Notes under the pieces: model-generated
The model's input: the letters and a program-made list of their open reading frames with translations, nothing else
Database searches by the model: none
Told to the model about the DNA's origin: nothing
In this document: positions 34,179 through 49,570 of the stretch, in pieces
Numbering within the stretch: the first letter of the stretch is position 1
How the letters are laid out: every line of letters starts with the position of its first letter
Program-made: the position numbers and the translations under genes
Assembly: GCF_044324875.1 (NCBI RefSeq)
Contig: NZ_CP172185.1
Direction: 5' to 3' (one strand)
DNA from: Escherichia coli
GTDB taxonomy: Bacteria; Pseudomonadota; Gammaproteobacteria; Enterobacterales; Enterobacteriaceae
DNA length: 64,000 bases

Positions 34179-35069
34179 TCAGGCTGCCAGATCATCGTTT
34201 CCGATGGAAGCATAATAAGATTTTTCTGCTTCTGCCGGTGGGATATGGCCCAGCCTTTCCAGCAATCGTCGATTGTTATACCAGTCCACCCACGTGAGTG
34301 TGGCCAGCTCCACTTCTGTCCGGTTTTTCCAGCTCTTACGGTGTATTACCTCCGCTTTGTAAAGGCCATTGATGCTCTCCGCCATCGCGTTGTCATACGA
34401 GTCACCAGTACTTCCTGTTGATGCCAGTAATCCGGCTTCCTTAAGCCGCTGTGTGTAGGCCAGCGATACATACTGAGAACCTTTATCACTGTGATGGACT
34501 GTGCCGGACGGTCGACGGGCCCATAACGCCTGCTCCAGAGCATCCAGCACGAATGTCGTTTCCATAGACGATGAGACCCGCCACCCCACGATGTATCCGG
34601 CAAACACATCAATGATGAACGCCACATAGACGACCCCCTCCCATGTGCTGACGTAAGTAAAATCAGCCACCCACAACTGGTCAGGACGTTCTGCCACAAA
34701 CTGACGGTTTACGCGGTCGCCTGCGGCAACGGCTTTCCGGCTGACGGTAGTGCGGACCTTTTTACCCCGGAGAACACCGGCAAGTCCCATAACCGCCATG
34801 AGGCGCGCCACTGTACATCTGGCTACCCTGATTCCTTCCCGTAACAACTGACGCCAGACTTTACGCACACCGTATACCTGATGATTCCCATCGTATACGC
34901 GCAGTATCTCTTTCTTCAGCCAGTCATCGCGCTGCGCACGGGCACTGCGTTTATCCGGATGATGTCGCTGTTGCTGACAGTGGTAATACGTTGACGGGGC
35001 AATATGTAGTTCACTGCATACCGGTCCGACCCCGTACAGCTTACGCAGCTTATCCAGCAGTGGCATCAC
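34179..35069 (-). CDS. IS629 OrfB
   Basis: Identical to copy 1 OrfB except for one residue (Q/E). Confidence 0.9.
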   Translation of the reverse strand: MMPLLDKLRKLYGVGPVCSELHIAPSTYYHCQQQRHHPDKRSARAQRDDWLKKEILRVYDGNHQVYGVRKVWRQLLREGIRVARCTVARLMAVMGLAGVLRGKKVRTTVSRKAVAAGDRVNRQFVAERPDQLWVADFTYVSTWEGVVYVAFIIDVFAGYIVGWRVSSSMETTFVLDALEQALWARRPSGTVHHSDKGSQYVSLAYTQRLKEAGLLASTGSTGDSYDNAMAESINGLYKAEVIHRKSWKNRTEVELATLTWVDWYNNRRLLERLGHIPPAEAEKSYYASIGNDDLAA

Positions 35070-35392
35070 TTTTTCCAGAGGCGGTCGAACTCCGCCTTCG
35101 CAAAATAAGCGGAAGCCTGGCGAAGGATATCGTTACTGCGGCGCAGTTCACGATTTTCACGTTCCAGCTCTTTCAGACGCTGACGTTCAGCGGTGGTGAG
35201 CCCGCCATCACCGCCTCCGGTATCCCGCTCATGCTGGCGTACCCAGACACGCAGAGTCTCCGGTGTACAGCCAATCTTTGGGGCAATGGAACAAATTGCC
35301 GCCCACTGTGAGTCATATTCGCCCTGACTTTCCAGAACCATACGAATCGCCCTCTGACGGACTTCGGGGGAAAAACGAGTATTTTTAGTCAT
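35066..35392 (-). CDS. IS629 OrfA
   Basis: Identical to copy 1 OrfA except for one residue. Confidence 0.9.
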   Translation of the reverse strand: MTKNTRFSPEVRQRAIRMVLESQGEYDSQWAAICSIAPKIGCTPETLRVWVRQHERDTGGGDGGLTTAERQRLKELERENRELRRSNDILRQASAYFAKAEFDRLWKK

Positions 35393-36351
35393 TCTGTTTA
35401 CCTCTTTCTCAGGGAGTTTAGTCTCCAGGATTCCCGGGGCGGTTCACTATTGATGCTCCAGCCGCATCATGAACGAGCGGGCGTACAGAACAAGTAACCG
35501 ACTCGTTTGCTGATCCCCAGCAGCATTGATTTACCACCGGTACTGTATTGTCGGGGAACAAGTCCTGTGGATGCTGCAAAATCCCTACTGCACGAAAATT
35601 GTTTACCATCACCAAGCTGGGATGATAGCAGGCTGGCCGTCATCGGCCCAACACCGGGGATTGTCATGATTCGTTGCACAGTAGCGTCAGCTTTGATTGA
35701 CTGGTTTAACTCTGATTCCAGTTCTGTTATTTGCTCAATACGATAAAGATAGTGAGCATGTAATTTCATCAGCAAGCGACTCAGATATTCAGGTATTTCG
35801 TGTTCAGCTAACGCCAGAGATAACCATTTTATTGCGGCATCCCCTGTCGGCAGTCTGATTCCAAATTCCAGCAAGAAACCGTGGATCTGGTTGTTTTTTT
35901 TCACCTTATCTCTGATGAGCGATTCTCTGACCCGATGTAATGCCCTCATTGCCTGCTGGGTTTCTGTTCTGGGCTGGACAAAACGCATTGATGGTCGTGA
36001 AGCCGCTTTGCATATGGCTTCTGCATCAATAAAATCATTCTTATTACCTTTGACAAACGGACGCACGAATTACGGAGAGATAAGTTTTTCTTCATGACCG
36101 ATGTCGCTGATACGCCGGGCCATAAAATGCGTACCAGCGCAGGCTTCCATAACAACTACTGAGGATGGACATGTTGCCAGAAACTGCATCAGCTTCGTAC
36201 GCGTAAACTTTTTACGCAAAAGCGCATTGCCAGATTTATCTTGACAATGAATATGGAAAGAATGTTTACCGAGATCGATACCAATAAGCGCAACGTTTTA
36301 CATGATGGTGCCCTCTAAAATAACCCACCCTGTCAGCGTACCGCTCACAGG

Positions 36352-37256
36352 GTGGGGGTGACCATCTCATTAGACCCGGGCATCAGTATCAGTCACCTAA
36401 ACAACAGAGAAAAAACAAATATCGCTGATGCCCTGAGACAAACATATCCCCTGACAGAATTACTGCATGTTCTGGGGCTTGCCCGTAGCAGTTATTTTTA
36501 TCACCGGGCTGCACTGAAAGCCGGTGATAAATACGCCACGATACGTACGATGCTGACAGATATAGTTAACAGTAATTACCAGTGTTATGGCTATCGTCGC
36601 CTGCATGCGATGCTCAGGCATGAGGGGGTCAGCTATCAGAAAAGGTTGTAAGCAGACTTATGGTGAAGGAACAGCTTGTCGTCAGCCGTAACCGTCGTCG
36701 CCGCTACAGCTCATATTGCGGAGAAATCGGACCGGATCCGGATAACCTTATCGCCAGAGATTTTAAGGAGGACCAACCTAATCAGAAATGGCTGACAGAT
36801 ATAACGGAGTTCCAGCTTCCTGCAGGAAAAGTCTGGCTGTCACAGGTGGTGGACTGCTTCGATGGAAAAGTTGTGAGCTGGTCTCTCAGTACACGCCCCG
36901 ACGCAGAACTGGTTAACGCTATGCTGGATAACGCTGTCAAAACGTTAAATGCTGGCGAACGACCGATGATACACAGTGGCAGAGGTGGGCATTATCGCTG
37001 GCCAGGCTGGCTGGAAAGAGTTAATGCCGCAGGTCTTATTCACTCAATGTCCCGTAAGGATGATGCCGCATGCGAAGGCTTTTTCGGCAGACTGAAAACG
37101 GAAATGTATTATGGGCGTAAATGGTCGGGCATCATGCCGGAAAAGTTCATGCAGCATGTGGATGCTTACATCAGAGGGTATAACGAGCGGCGTATAAAAT
37201 TATCGCTGGGTGAAGACAGCCCTGAAATGTACCGCCAACAATGTAGGCTGGAATAA
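36352..37256 (+). pseudogene. IS3-family (IS150-group) OrfB, frameshifted
   Basis: ORFs 36352..36651 and 36660..37256 in different frames; ...NQKWLTDITEF... DDE region. Confidence 0.6.
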
Positions 37257-37799
37257 TAAAGAAGTCCAGGAAATCGTCCGCATCCCCAAAACGGCCAATA
37301 ATCTTGGCGTTGACATAGCACGACGATCTCTTGAAACTACCGCGCCGATAGTTATTCCCCAATCAAGCAACAGTCCCCTGATTTGACAAACGGTCACATT
37401 AACAATATGCTGCCTTGCCCGGTGCAAAGCGTAGATATCCTGTTGTTCCGAGCTTTTTGGAGGCATGAACAGCATTGTCGGTTACATCAGAAGCACTGCG
37501 ATGGCCTGTGCATCATTACCGTCATTTTTTGCCCACAGACAAAGGGAGTTACATACTGTGGGTTGAGGACCTTTACGTTATGCCCCAGTTTTTTAAATTC
37601 ACTCTGCCAGTAAAATTCCCATGTGGATGCCCTACATCAATTAGGAAGGCCGGAATATTCGCCACTATTTGGAGTAATTCTTTTCTGCCAATACGTTTTG
37701 AATAAACCGGATTACCGACCTAATTTAACCCGCAGAGCTGAAAGATATTTTTATCCAGATCAATACCCAGGAATACGATATTCATTGTGATTCCCCTGC

Positions 37800-38560
37800 T
37801 GAGTGAGTGCATTTCGTACAGTTAACCGCAAAAGGAGGGGGTACTCCATTCCATGAACTGGAAGCCCAGATACGATGCATAGAGTCACCTGATATTAAAA
37901 AGAACGAGGATCTTGAGGACGAGAACCGACGTCCAAAACAGATGCTTGCCGACCTTAGCCTAGAGAACCGGCATTGAAAGACATTATCGAAAAAAGCTTT
38001 AAAACCAGCCTGTAAGCGTGAGCTTGTTACTCATCAGATAACGACATTTGGACTCAGTGTCCATCAGGCCTGCCGGAGTCTGAACCAGAGCAGAACGGTT
38101 TCCCATTACCGTCCGGATACCACGTGGTACGACCCCGTTATTGTGGTGGTGCAGGCAGTGGACGAGCGATATCCTCGATACGGTTTTTCAAAACTTTTTC
38201 AGGTTCTGAGGCAGCAGGTTCGCGGCAAATCGCAGTTATCCGGTCATGCTGCGCATAGATAATGGTTCGGAATTTATCTCTCTAACGCTGGCTGAATGGG
38301 CTGATATACACGCAGTAAAACGGGAGTTTATCCAGCCGGGTAAGCTGACGTAGAACGCTTTTATTGGGCGTTTTAACAGGACACACCGTACAGAAATACT
38401 CGATTTTTATCTGTTCAGAACGCTGAATGAAGTTCTAGAAATTACGGAGAAATGGTTATCAGAATATAGCTATGAACGCACACATGAATCACTGAACAAT
38501 AAGACGCTGGAAGAATATCGACGACACCATTATTTGACCAAGATATAAAAATGCATGGAA
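37800..38560 (+). pseudogene. Degenerate IS3-family OrfB with several in-frame stops
   Basis: ...MLRIDNGSEFISLTLAEWADIHAVKREFIQPGKLT*NAFIGRFNRTHRTEILDFYLF... Confidence 0.5.
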
Positions 38561-38707
38561 TTAAAACGGGGCATATTTATATATGAATAACACAACTATA
38601 TCGCTAAGGTAAAGGTGTATCCAAACGGAGAATACAGCACTAACAGCATATATTCATCCAAATTAATAAAATATGACCGAGAACATAGAATATTAAACAT
38701 TTTTAAA

Positions 38708-39967
38708 TTATGCTTTTCTCGCTAACGCGTCTATATCCGAAAAATACTCTTTAATTCCCTCTAGGATAGATTCTGCCACTTGTTGTTGGAATCTTGCCGT
38801 TTTCAGTTTGCGCTCTTCCTCAACGTTACTGATAAACGCCGTTTCGACCAGAATGGAGGGAATATCAGGTGCTTTCAGCACGGCAAACCCGGCCTGTTCA
38901 ACCTGATTTTTATGCAGCTTGTTGATTTTACCGAGCTTATTCAGCACCGCTTTACCCAACTTCAGGCTGTCGGCAATGGTCAGAGACTGCACCATATCGA
39001 ACATGGTGTGGTCGACATAGCGGTCACCGCTTTTGCTCACGCCGCCAATCAAGTCCGAGGCGTTCTGGGTTTGTGCCAGATATTTTGCCGCAGTACTTGT
39101 CGCGCCTTTGGTCGAAAGCGCAAACACGGAAGAACCGCTCGGCTGGCGACTGGTAAAGGCATCAGCATGGATAGAAACAAAAAGGTCAGCACGTTGTTTC
39201 TGTGCTTTTGCTACACGCACTTGCAACGGAATGAAGATGTCTTCATTGCGCGTCATGTACACCTTCATATTACCCTCTTTTTCGATCAGAGAGCGCAGAC
39301 GGCGAGCTATTTGCAATACCACGTCTTTTTCGCGTGTTTTGTATTTCCCCACCGCACCGGGGTCTTCGCCACCGTGGCCGGGGTCAAGCATAATGACAAT
39401 CGGACGATCACGCCCTGCTTTACCCGGTTGTGGACCACTTTGTGCTGGCGGCACCTGCTTTTCGAGGTCGCCTTTGTTGTAATCCTCCAGCAGCGCCAGC
39501 AGCGGGTCCTGCATATCCTGTGCATTGGCCGGATAGAGGTCCATCACCAGACGCTCTTTAAACCCGGCGACCGGCGCAAGGGCAAACAGCTGCGGTTTTA
39601 CGTTTTGCTTTAATTCAAAAACCATGCGTACGGTTTGCGGGTCAAATTGCCCGACGCGCGCCGACTTGATGAACGGGTCGTCTGCACGAATTTGTGCCGC
39701 CATCCCCTTGAGTACCGAGTTCAGGTTTACATCTTCGATATCCACCACCACACGTTCAGGGTTACTTAACGCGAACTGCTTATATTGCAGCTGACGATTT
39801 GATTCTACCGTCACGCGGGTGTAGCTGGACGCAGGCCAGACGCGTACCGCCACGACCTGGCTGACCGCAGCCAGGCTGACCTGACTTACGCTCAATAGCC
39901 ACATGGCGCCCGCACCTTGCAGTAAACGACGACGGCTGATTACATAATTATAGTTAGATACCAGCAT
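38708..39967 (-). CDS. amiC: N-acetylmuramoyl-L-alanine amidase AmiC (Tat-exported), divergent 5' end
   Basis: 419 aa; [10 protein letters not shown] Tat motif; body matches AmiC as recalled; first ~10 codons and upstream DNA differ from K-12 and are AT-rich. Confidence 0.8.
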   Translation of the reverse strand: MLVSNYNYVISRRRLLQGAGAMWLLSVSQVSLAAVSQVVAVRVWPASSYTRVTVESNRQLQYKQFALSNPERVVVDIEDVNLNSVLKGMAAQIRADDPFIKSARVGQFDPQTVRMVFELKQNVKPQLFALAPVAGFKERLVMDLYPANAQDMQDPLLALLEDYNKGDLEKQVPPAQSGPQPGKAGRDRPIVIMLDPGHGGEDPGAVGKYKTREKDVVLQIARRLRSLIEKEGNMKVYMTRNEDIFIPLQVRVAKAQKQRADLFVSIHADAFTSRQPSGSSVFALSTKGATSTAAKYLAQTQNASDLIGGVSKSGDRYVDHTMFDMVQSLTIADSLKLGKAVLNKLGKINKLHKNQVEQAGFAVLKAPDIPSILVETAFISNVEEERKLKTARFQQQVAESILEGIKEYFSDIDALARKA

Positions 39968-40609
39968 ACCTTACCTAAGCAATACAATGTTCAATAATAT
40001 AACTATGCTCTAATAAATTTTTACAGGTGTTTAAAGAAATAATCACACGTATTCTTATCTTTGCAATCTAATCTAATTTTAAATAAAGGTCAATATCTTA
40101 TTTTTTGATATAAGTTTTCTTAAATACCACGATATAAAAACATTTTATTTAAGTGATTTCTTTTAGTTTGTTTTTCAAATAAAAGGGATGTACTCATGAC
40201 ATTTTAAATATGTACATCATGCACAGCAATATTATAGTTTTTTATCTGATTACTGAGAAGTATCTATCAATAGAACAATGTTTTTTAGTTTGTATAGGGA
40301 AGAGTTGGGTTGAATTGAGAATAAAAACTAGAGATTACTGGGGAAGGAACTTTTCAAATCCGAAATCATGGTCTACAATGAAAAAATGATGTTCTAAGTA
40401 TTCCTATCATGAATAAGAATGCACCATATTTTGAATAGTATAATTTTATATTTATATATCCTTTACTGTACGATGATGATATTTTATACCTGAATGACAA
40501 GGGTGTTATTTTATACCACATATAAATTTGCAGAAAATATAAAATGAGAAGCACTGAATAATCGCGGCTTCTGGCTATGATTTAAATGTTTTTACATTTT
40601 TTCAAAGTA

Positions 40610-42045
<1,436 letters not shown>

Positions 42046-42576
42046 ATCCTCTCTGTTCATCGGCAGATAGCCTATTTCATCCAGGATCAACACCCGGGCA
42101 TAACTCAGTTGCTGTAGCTGACGCTCCAGCCGGTTTTCCTGTTTCGCTTTCATCAGTGTCGCGATCAGTCTGTCCAGTGGCATAAACAGTACCCGATGTC
42201 CCGCATCCACCGCTTTCACGCCAAGAGCTATGGCCAGATGAGTTTTTCCGACACCAGGAGGTCCCAGCAGGATCACGTTTTCGCTGCGCTCCACGAACGC
42301 CAGACCAGCCAGTTCCCGGACAACCTTACGGTAGATGCCCGGCTGGAAGGTAAAGTCGAACTGCTCCAGCGTTTTGACCCACGGCAGACGAGCCTGCTTC
42401 AGCCTGGACTCCATACCGCGCTGATGCCTGCCGTTCCATTCCTGCTGTAGCGCCATGCACAGGAACTCCCGGTAGTTCAGCTCTTTTTTAGCTGCCTGTT
42501 CCAGCAGGCTTTCAACGTGATAACTCAGATGCTCCATTTTCAGGCGACTCAGCAGGACTTCCAGCTCATGCATCAC
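42046..42576 (-). pseudogene. istB: IS21 IstB, 3'-truncated by the IS110-family insertion
   Basis: Walker A GPPGVGKT; diverges after ...EIGYLPMNRE. Confidence 0.75.
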
Positions 42577-43745
42577 AACAGCTCCTCATAGGCACTCAGT
42601 AGTCGATGTTCCACCTGACTGACCTGCTGCCAGAGCGGGGTGTGATGCTCCGGCACTGTCTGCCAGCCAGACGATGCCGAACAGAGGCGATGTGAGGCCA
42701 CCAGTTTCTCATTACTGTAGATCCGCAACTCGTCATCCAGCGATATTCGTATCGATACCGGCTGACCACACAGCGCTTCGGGAACGCTGTAACGATTACC
42801 ACCAACCTCGATATAGCTGTCCCAGGACACATGGCGGATGTCAAAGTAACTGGTATCGAAGTCCGTATCCGGTAACGGCTGCAGATATTCCTGCTCCAGC
42901 GCGAAGCGCTGTTCCGGCGTTTCTTTGAACTGACGAAGCTCCCGTTTGTCAGCCACATCGGCTATCCATTGCTCCAGTTGTTGATTGACATGAGTGAAGC
43001 TGTCGAACCTGCGGTACCGGACGAGGAAGTTCTCCTTGAGGTATTTCACCATCCGCTCAACCTTACCTTTTGTTCTGGCCCTGCGTGGACGACATGCCCG
43101 TGGCAGGAAGTTATAGTGGTCAGCCAGCAACAGAAATCCGGAGTTGAACACGACTTTCCCGTTGTTATTCTTCAGCACCGCAGCCTTCTGGTTATCAACC
43201 AGCACCGTTTTCACACAACCACCGAAGTAGCGGAAGGCGCGAACCAGTGATTCGTAGGTATTCTCAGCATCCTGTTTTGGGGCAGCGAAGACATGAAAGC
43301 GGCGGGAGAACCCCAGCGCATTAACCGCAAAGTTAACTTTGCACCGTTGCCCGGCAACTTCCACCTCAACTTCGCCCCAGTCGTGCTGGAGCTGGTATCC
43401 AGGCTGAGTTTCGAAGCGAACTGTTCTTTTTGACGGACGCATTTTACGTTTGGGCTGGATGTAGTAACGCAGCATGGAACGTCCGCCCGTATAGCCCATT
43501 GCCTTAATCTCCGCGAAGATAACCGCGCTATTCCAGACATTCTCTGCCAGGCGCATGTCGATGTAATCCATAAACGGTTTCAGCTTAACCATTTTGTGGC
43601 GGGTCCTTCTGGCTGGCGGTTCAGGGTATTTGAGGTAGCGTCTGACCGTTCGTTCAGAGCAACCAATCTGAGTCACAATATCGACAATGTACGCGCCCTG
43701 CTGGCGCATTTGCTTTATCATGTAAAAGTCCTCTCTGCTCAGCAT
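42573..43745 (-). CDS. istA: IS21 IstA transposase
   Basis: 390 aa ORF MLSREDFYMIKQMRQQGAYIVDIV... Confidence 0.85.
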   Translation of the reverse strand: MLSREDFYMIKQMRQQGAYIVDIVTQIGCSERTVRRYLKYPEPPARRTRHKMVKLKPFMDYIDMRLAENVWNSAVIFAEIKAMGYTGGRSMLRYYIQPKRKMRPSKRTVRFETQPGYQLQHDWGEVEVEVAGQRCKVNFAVNALGFSRRFHVFAAPKQDAENTYESLVRAFRYFGGCVKTVLVDNQKAAVLKNNNGKVVFNSGFLLLADHYNFLPRACRPRRARTKGKVERMVKYLKENFLVRYRRFDSFTHVNQQLEQWIADVADKRELRQFKETPEQRFALEQEYLQPLPDTDFDTSYFDIRHVSWDSYIEVGGNRYSVPEALCGQPVSIRISLDDELRIYSNEKLVASHRLCSASSGWQTVPEHHTPLWQQVSQVEHRLLSAYEELL

Positions 43746-43792
43746 GTTGATGTCCTTTCTGGTGTGAGAACCTTAAGGAAACAACATGTTGG

Positions 43793-44131
43793 GTGGAGCG
43801 GACAATCCAAATGGTGAATTACCGTCTTATATCACTGGCGCTGACAGGCTTTAACGGCCTGTCCTCAAAAGTTCAGAACGTCCTGAAGGATGACCCGTTC
43901 TCCGGGCATATCTTCGTCTTCCGGGGCCGCAGTGGCAAAATGGTGAAAATACTGTGGGCCGATCGTGATGGGTTATGCCTGTTCGCCAAACGCCTGGAAC
44001 GGGGCCGCTTCATCTGGCCGGTGACCCGGGAAGGGAAAGTGCACCTGACGCCAGCTCAGTTATCCATGCTACTGGAGGGGATCGCGTGGCAACATCCCAA
44101 ACGGACAGAACGGCCTGGCATCCGGATATAA
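43793..44131 (+). CDS. IS66-family TnpB-like protein (N-terminus altered at the IS21 junction)
   Basis: ...PFSGHIFVFRGRSGKMVKILWADRDGLCLFAKRLERGRFIWP... Confidence 0.65.
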   Translation: MERTIQMVNYRLISLALTGFNGLSSKVQNVLKDDPFSGHIFVFRGRSGKMVKILWADRDGLCLFAKRLERGRFIWPVTREGKVHLTPAQLSMLLEGIAWQHPKRTERPGIRI

Positions 44132-44691
44132 CCCGTTGCAAAGCGAGTATATGGACACCTCACTTGCTCATGAGAATCCCCGCCTGCGGGCACTGTTGCA
44201 GACGCAACAGGACACCATCCGCCAGATGGCTGAATACAACCGCCTGCTCTCACAGAGGGTGGCGGCTTATGCTTCTGAAATCAACCGGCTGAAGGCGCTG
44301 GTTGCAAAACTGCAACGTATGCATTTCGGTAAAAGCTCAGAAAAACTTCGCGCAAAAACCGAACGACAGATACAGGAAGCACAGGAGAGAATCAGCACAC
44401 TTCAGGAAGAAATGGCGGAAACGCTGGGTGAGCAATATGACCCGGTACTGCCATCCGCCGCCCTGCGTCAGTCTTCAGCCTGTAAACAGTTACCGGCCTC
44501 ACTTCCCCGTGAAACCCGGGTTATCCGGCCAGAAGAGGAATGCTGTCCTGCCTGTGGTGGTGAACTCAGTTCTCTGGGATGTGATGTGTCAGAGCAGCTG
44601 GAGCTTATCAGCTGCGCCTTTAAGGTTATCGAAACACAAGTCCGAAACTGGCCTGTTGTCGGTGTGACCATATCGTGCAGGCGCCGGCTCA

Positions 44692-46645
<1,954 letters not shown>

Positions 46646-48039
46646 GCTCATTCAAAACCCATTGCACACAGTTATGCCGGAGCGGGGCTTCTGGCCCATG
46701 TTGTCACCGGAAAGTATGCAGACCATCTGCCGTTATACCGTCAGTCAGAAATATACCGCAGTCAGGACGTGGAGCTGACACCGTTGCTGAACTGCTGGAG
46801 CCGCTGTATGACGTCCTGCGCCAGTATGTGCTGATGCCCGGTAAAGTCCATGCTGATGATATCCCCGTTCCGGTCCAGGAGCCAGGCAGTGGTAAAAACC
46901 GAACGGACAGGCTGTGGGTCTACGTCCGTGATGACCGTAATGCCGGGTCGGAGATGCCCCCGGCGGTCTGGTTCGCGTACAGTCAGGACCGGAAAGGTAT
47001 CCATCCACAGAATCATCTGGCCGGTTACAGCGGTGTGCTTCAGGCCGATACTTACGGTGGTTACCGGGCGTTATACGAATCCGGCAGAATAACGGAAGCC
47101 GCGTGTATGGCCCATGCCCGGAGGAAAATCCACGATTTGCATGCAAGAGCGCCAACTGACATCACCACGGAAGCCCTGCAGCGTATCGGTGAACTGTATG
47201 CCATCGAGGCAGAAGTCCGGGGATGTACAGCAGAACAGCGTCTGGCGGCAAGAAAAGCCAGAGCTGCGCCACTGATGCAGTCACTGTATGACTGGATACA
47301 GACCCAGATGAAAACACTGTCGCGTCACTCGGATACGGTAAAAGCGTTCGCCTACCTGCTGAAACAGTGGGATAGCCTGAACGTGTACTGCAGTAATGGC
47401 TGGGTGGAAATCGACAACAACATCGCAGAGAACGCCTTACGGGGAGTGGACGTAGGCCGGAAAAACTGGTTGTTCGCGGGTTCCGACAGCGGTGGCGAAC
47501 ATGCGGCGGTGTTGTACTCGCTGATCGGCACATGCCGTCTGAACAATGTTGAACCAGAAAAATGGCTGCGTTACGTCATTGAGCATATCCAGGACTGGCC
47601 GACAAACCGGGTACGCGATCTGTTGCCCTGGAAAGTTGATCTGAGCTCTCAGTAAATATCAATACGGTTCTGGCGAACCGCTTACTGTTCAATGGTCCAT
47701 TGGGGTTTTGACATCAATTATCTCCGGTAAGTTAGTGAATGGATATCGGTAATGCTAACTGACTAAAAATCCCTGTGAAGATGACTTCCCCGTAACGACA
47801 TAAACAAAGCGAACACCCGGACGAAATACTATTTCACAAATTGTTAGGGCATCATTTATGAGCAGCGTTTTAATCGAGTAGTCTTTACTTGCATTGCTGC
47901 CTTTATTCTCAGGTGTTCTCATGTCCAAGATGCTCTGTGAGTTCAGCGCTAAGCTCATCTTTAACAGTACACTTCGTAAGCATGGGTGATGCTGCCAACT
48001 TACTGATTTAGTGTATGATGGTGTTTTTGAGGTGCTCCA

Positions 48040-48315
48040 GTGGCTTCTGTTTCTATCAGCTGTCCCTCCTGTTCAGCTACTGACGGGGTGGTGCGTAACG
48101 GCAAAAGCACCGCCGGACATCAGCGCTATCTCTGCTCTCACTGCCGTAAAACATGGCAACTGCAGTTCACTTACACCGCTTCTCAACCCGGTACGCACCA
48201 GAAAATCATTGATATGGCCATGAATGGCGTTGGATGCCGGGCAACTGCCCGCATTATGGGCGTTGGCCTCAACACGATTTTACGTCACTTAAAAAACTCA
48301 GGCCGCAGTCGGTAA
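48040..48315 (+). CDS. insA: IS1 InsA
   Basis: 91 aa, GTG start; matches IS1 InsA as recalled. Confidence 0.9.
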
Positions 48316-48737
48316 CCTCGCGCATACAGCCGGGCAGTGACGTCATCGTCTGCGCGGAAATGGACGAACAGTGGGGCTATGTCGGGGCTAAATCGCGCCA
48401 GCGCTGGCTGTTTTACGCGTATGACAGGCTCCGGAAGACGGTTGTTGCGCACGTATTCGGTGAACGCACTATGGCGACGCTGGGGCGTCTTATGAGCCTG
48501 CTGTCACCCTTTGACGTGGTGATATGGATGACGGATGGCTGGCCACTGTATGAATCCCGCCTGAAGGGAAAGCTGCACGTAATCAGCAAGCGATATACGC
48601 AGCGAATTGAGCGGCATAACCTGAATCTGAGGCAGCACCTGGCACGGCTGGGACGGAAGTCGCTGTCGTTCTCAAAATCGGTGGAGCTGCATGACAAAGT
48701 CATCGGGCATTATCTGAACATAAAACACTATCAATAA
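48234..48737 (+). CDS. insB: IS1 InsB frame (expressed as InsAB' by -1 frameshift)
   Basis: 167 aa ORF. Confidence 0.9.
48291..48297 (+). promoter_or_regulatory. IS1 A6C programmed -1 frameshift site
   Basis: AAAAAAC in the insA/insB overlap. Confidence 0.6.
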
Positions 48738-48925
48738 GTTGGAGTCATTACCGTAAGCATGTATAAAAACAGGTTAAGATCAGATTCGGTTTTAAGGCAA
48801 TTTACCAGTTCGGCAGCAATAGCATTGGATTCTTGTTTATCAATTGCCTGTCTCCACGGTGTAGGGAACATATCAAAAACAGGCAATTACAAAATTTAAA
48901 TTACACTCTCGTCAGAACATAGCCC

Positions 48926-49570
48926 TTAACGAACCGTCCATGCAGGGCTGAAATCCTCTTCCTGAAACAGCTCTGTCAGCCCGCTAATCTGTTTCAGCCT
49001 CAGCACTTCATCCTGGTCCATGCCCAACTCTGTGCCAATACGCTCATCTGTCCAGCCCAGACGTGAGAGGTCCCTGACAATGTCAGACATTGACGTTACC
49101 TGGTGTTTTCCCCTGGCACGGTTATGCCGTATGGTTGCGGCAATACGTGATGCCTGTCCCTTTCTCTCTGGATTAATACAGGCCACTGGCAGCCAGCCCT
49201 TCAGACGTTTTCTCGTATCCGCTTTCCTGCCCAGCAACTGACGATGAAAACCATCCACGACCAGATAATGCTCCTTCTCTTCCGAAACCACCACAGGCTG
49301 CGTGAATCCATCCTGCTCCAGTGAATGTTTAAGCAGTTTTTTTTCACTGGAAGACATGACATTGGGATTGTAATCGTTGGCCACCACCTCATCCGCTTTC
49401 ACCCACAACACACAGTCCACAGGCTCCTGTGCAAAAGGGCTGACCTCATGCAACACCCTGCGCAGATGATTAAGGGCTCGTATGGTCTCTTCTTCAGATC
49501 GTTCCTGACTGAAGTACTGTCGAATCATGTTGCTCAATACTTCCACCTCAGGTGTCACAGAATCCCCCAT
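48926..49570 (-). CDS. ParB-like nuclease-domain protein (IbrB/YbdM-like)
   Basis: 214 aa; VVDGFHR motif; 16-bp overlap with the upstream partner; symbol withheld because homology is from memory. Confidence 0.6.
   Translation of the reverse strand: MGDSVTPEVEVLSNMIRQYFSQERSEEETIRALNHLRRVLHEVSPFAQEPVDCVLWVKADEVVANDYNPNVMSSSEKKLLKHSLEQDGFTQPVVVSEEKEHYLVVDGFHRQLLGRKADTRKRLKGWLPVACINPERKGQASRIAATIRHNRARGKHQVTSMSDIVRDLSRLGWTDERIGTELGMDQDEVLRLKQISGLTELFQEEDFSPAWTVR

Larger units (their letters stand above)
34137..35446 (-). mobile_element. IS629 copy 2, 1310 bp, flanked by CTAT
   Basis: Same ends and ORFs as copy 1 (single-residue differences visible in OrfB and OrfA); CTAT on both sides. Confidence 0.9.
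33725..36350 (-). mobile_element. IS110-family element with a nonsense codon, inserted between OrfA and OrfB of the IS150-like element and itself split by IS629 copy 2
   Basis: N-terminal part MNVALIGIDLGKHS...LISP*FVRPFVKGNKNDFIDAEAICKA... at 35447..36303; C-terminus ...NKLARIAWAI... at about 34030..34136. Confidence 0.6.
42046..43800 (-). mobile_element. IS21, truncated (istA intact, istB 3' part lost)
   Basis: 390 aa IstA and IstB N-terminal ~175 aa match IS21 as recalled. Confidence 0.75.
47985..48752 (+). mobile_element. IS1 copy 1, 768 bp, 9-bp target duplication GTAAGCATG
   Basis: Ends GGTGATGCTGCC...GGAGTCATTACC; GTAAGCATG immediately on both sides. Confidence 0.9.

Noticed and set aside
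36323-36355. Hairpin CCCACCCTG...CAGGGTGGG
   Set aside because: Most simply the terminal structure of the IS110-family element; not called as a separate feature.
39033-39613. ORFs of 149 and 277 aa on the plus strand
   Set aside because: Antisense to amiC; shadow ORFs in GC-rich coding sequence.
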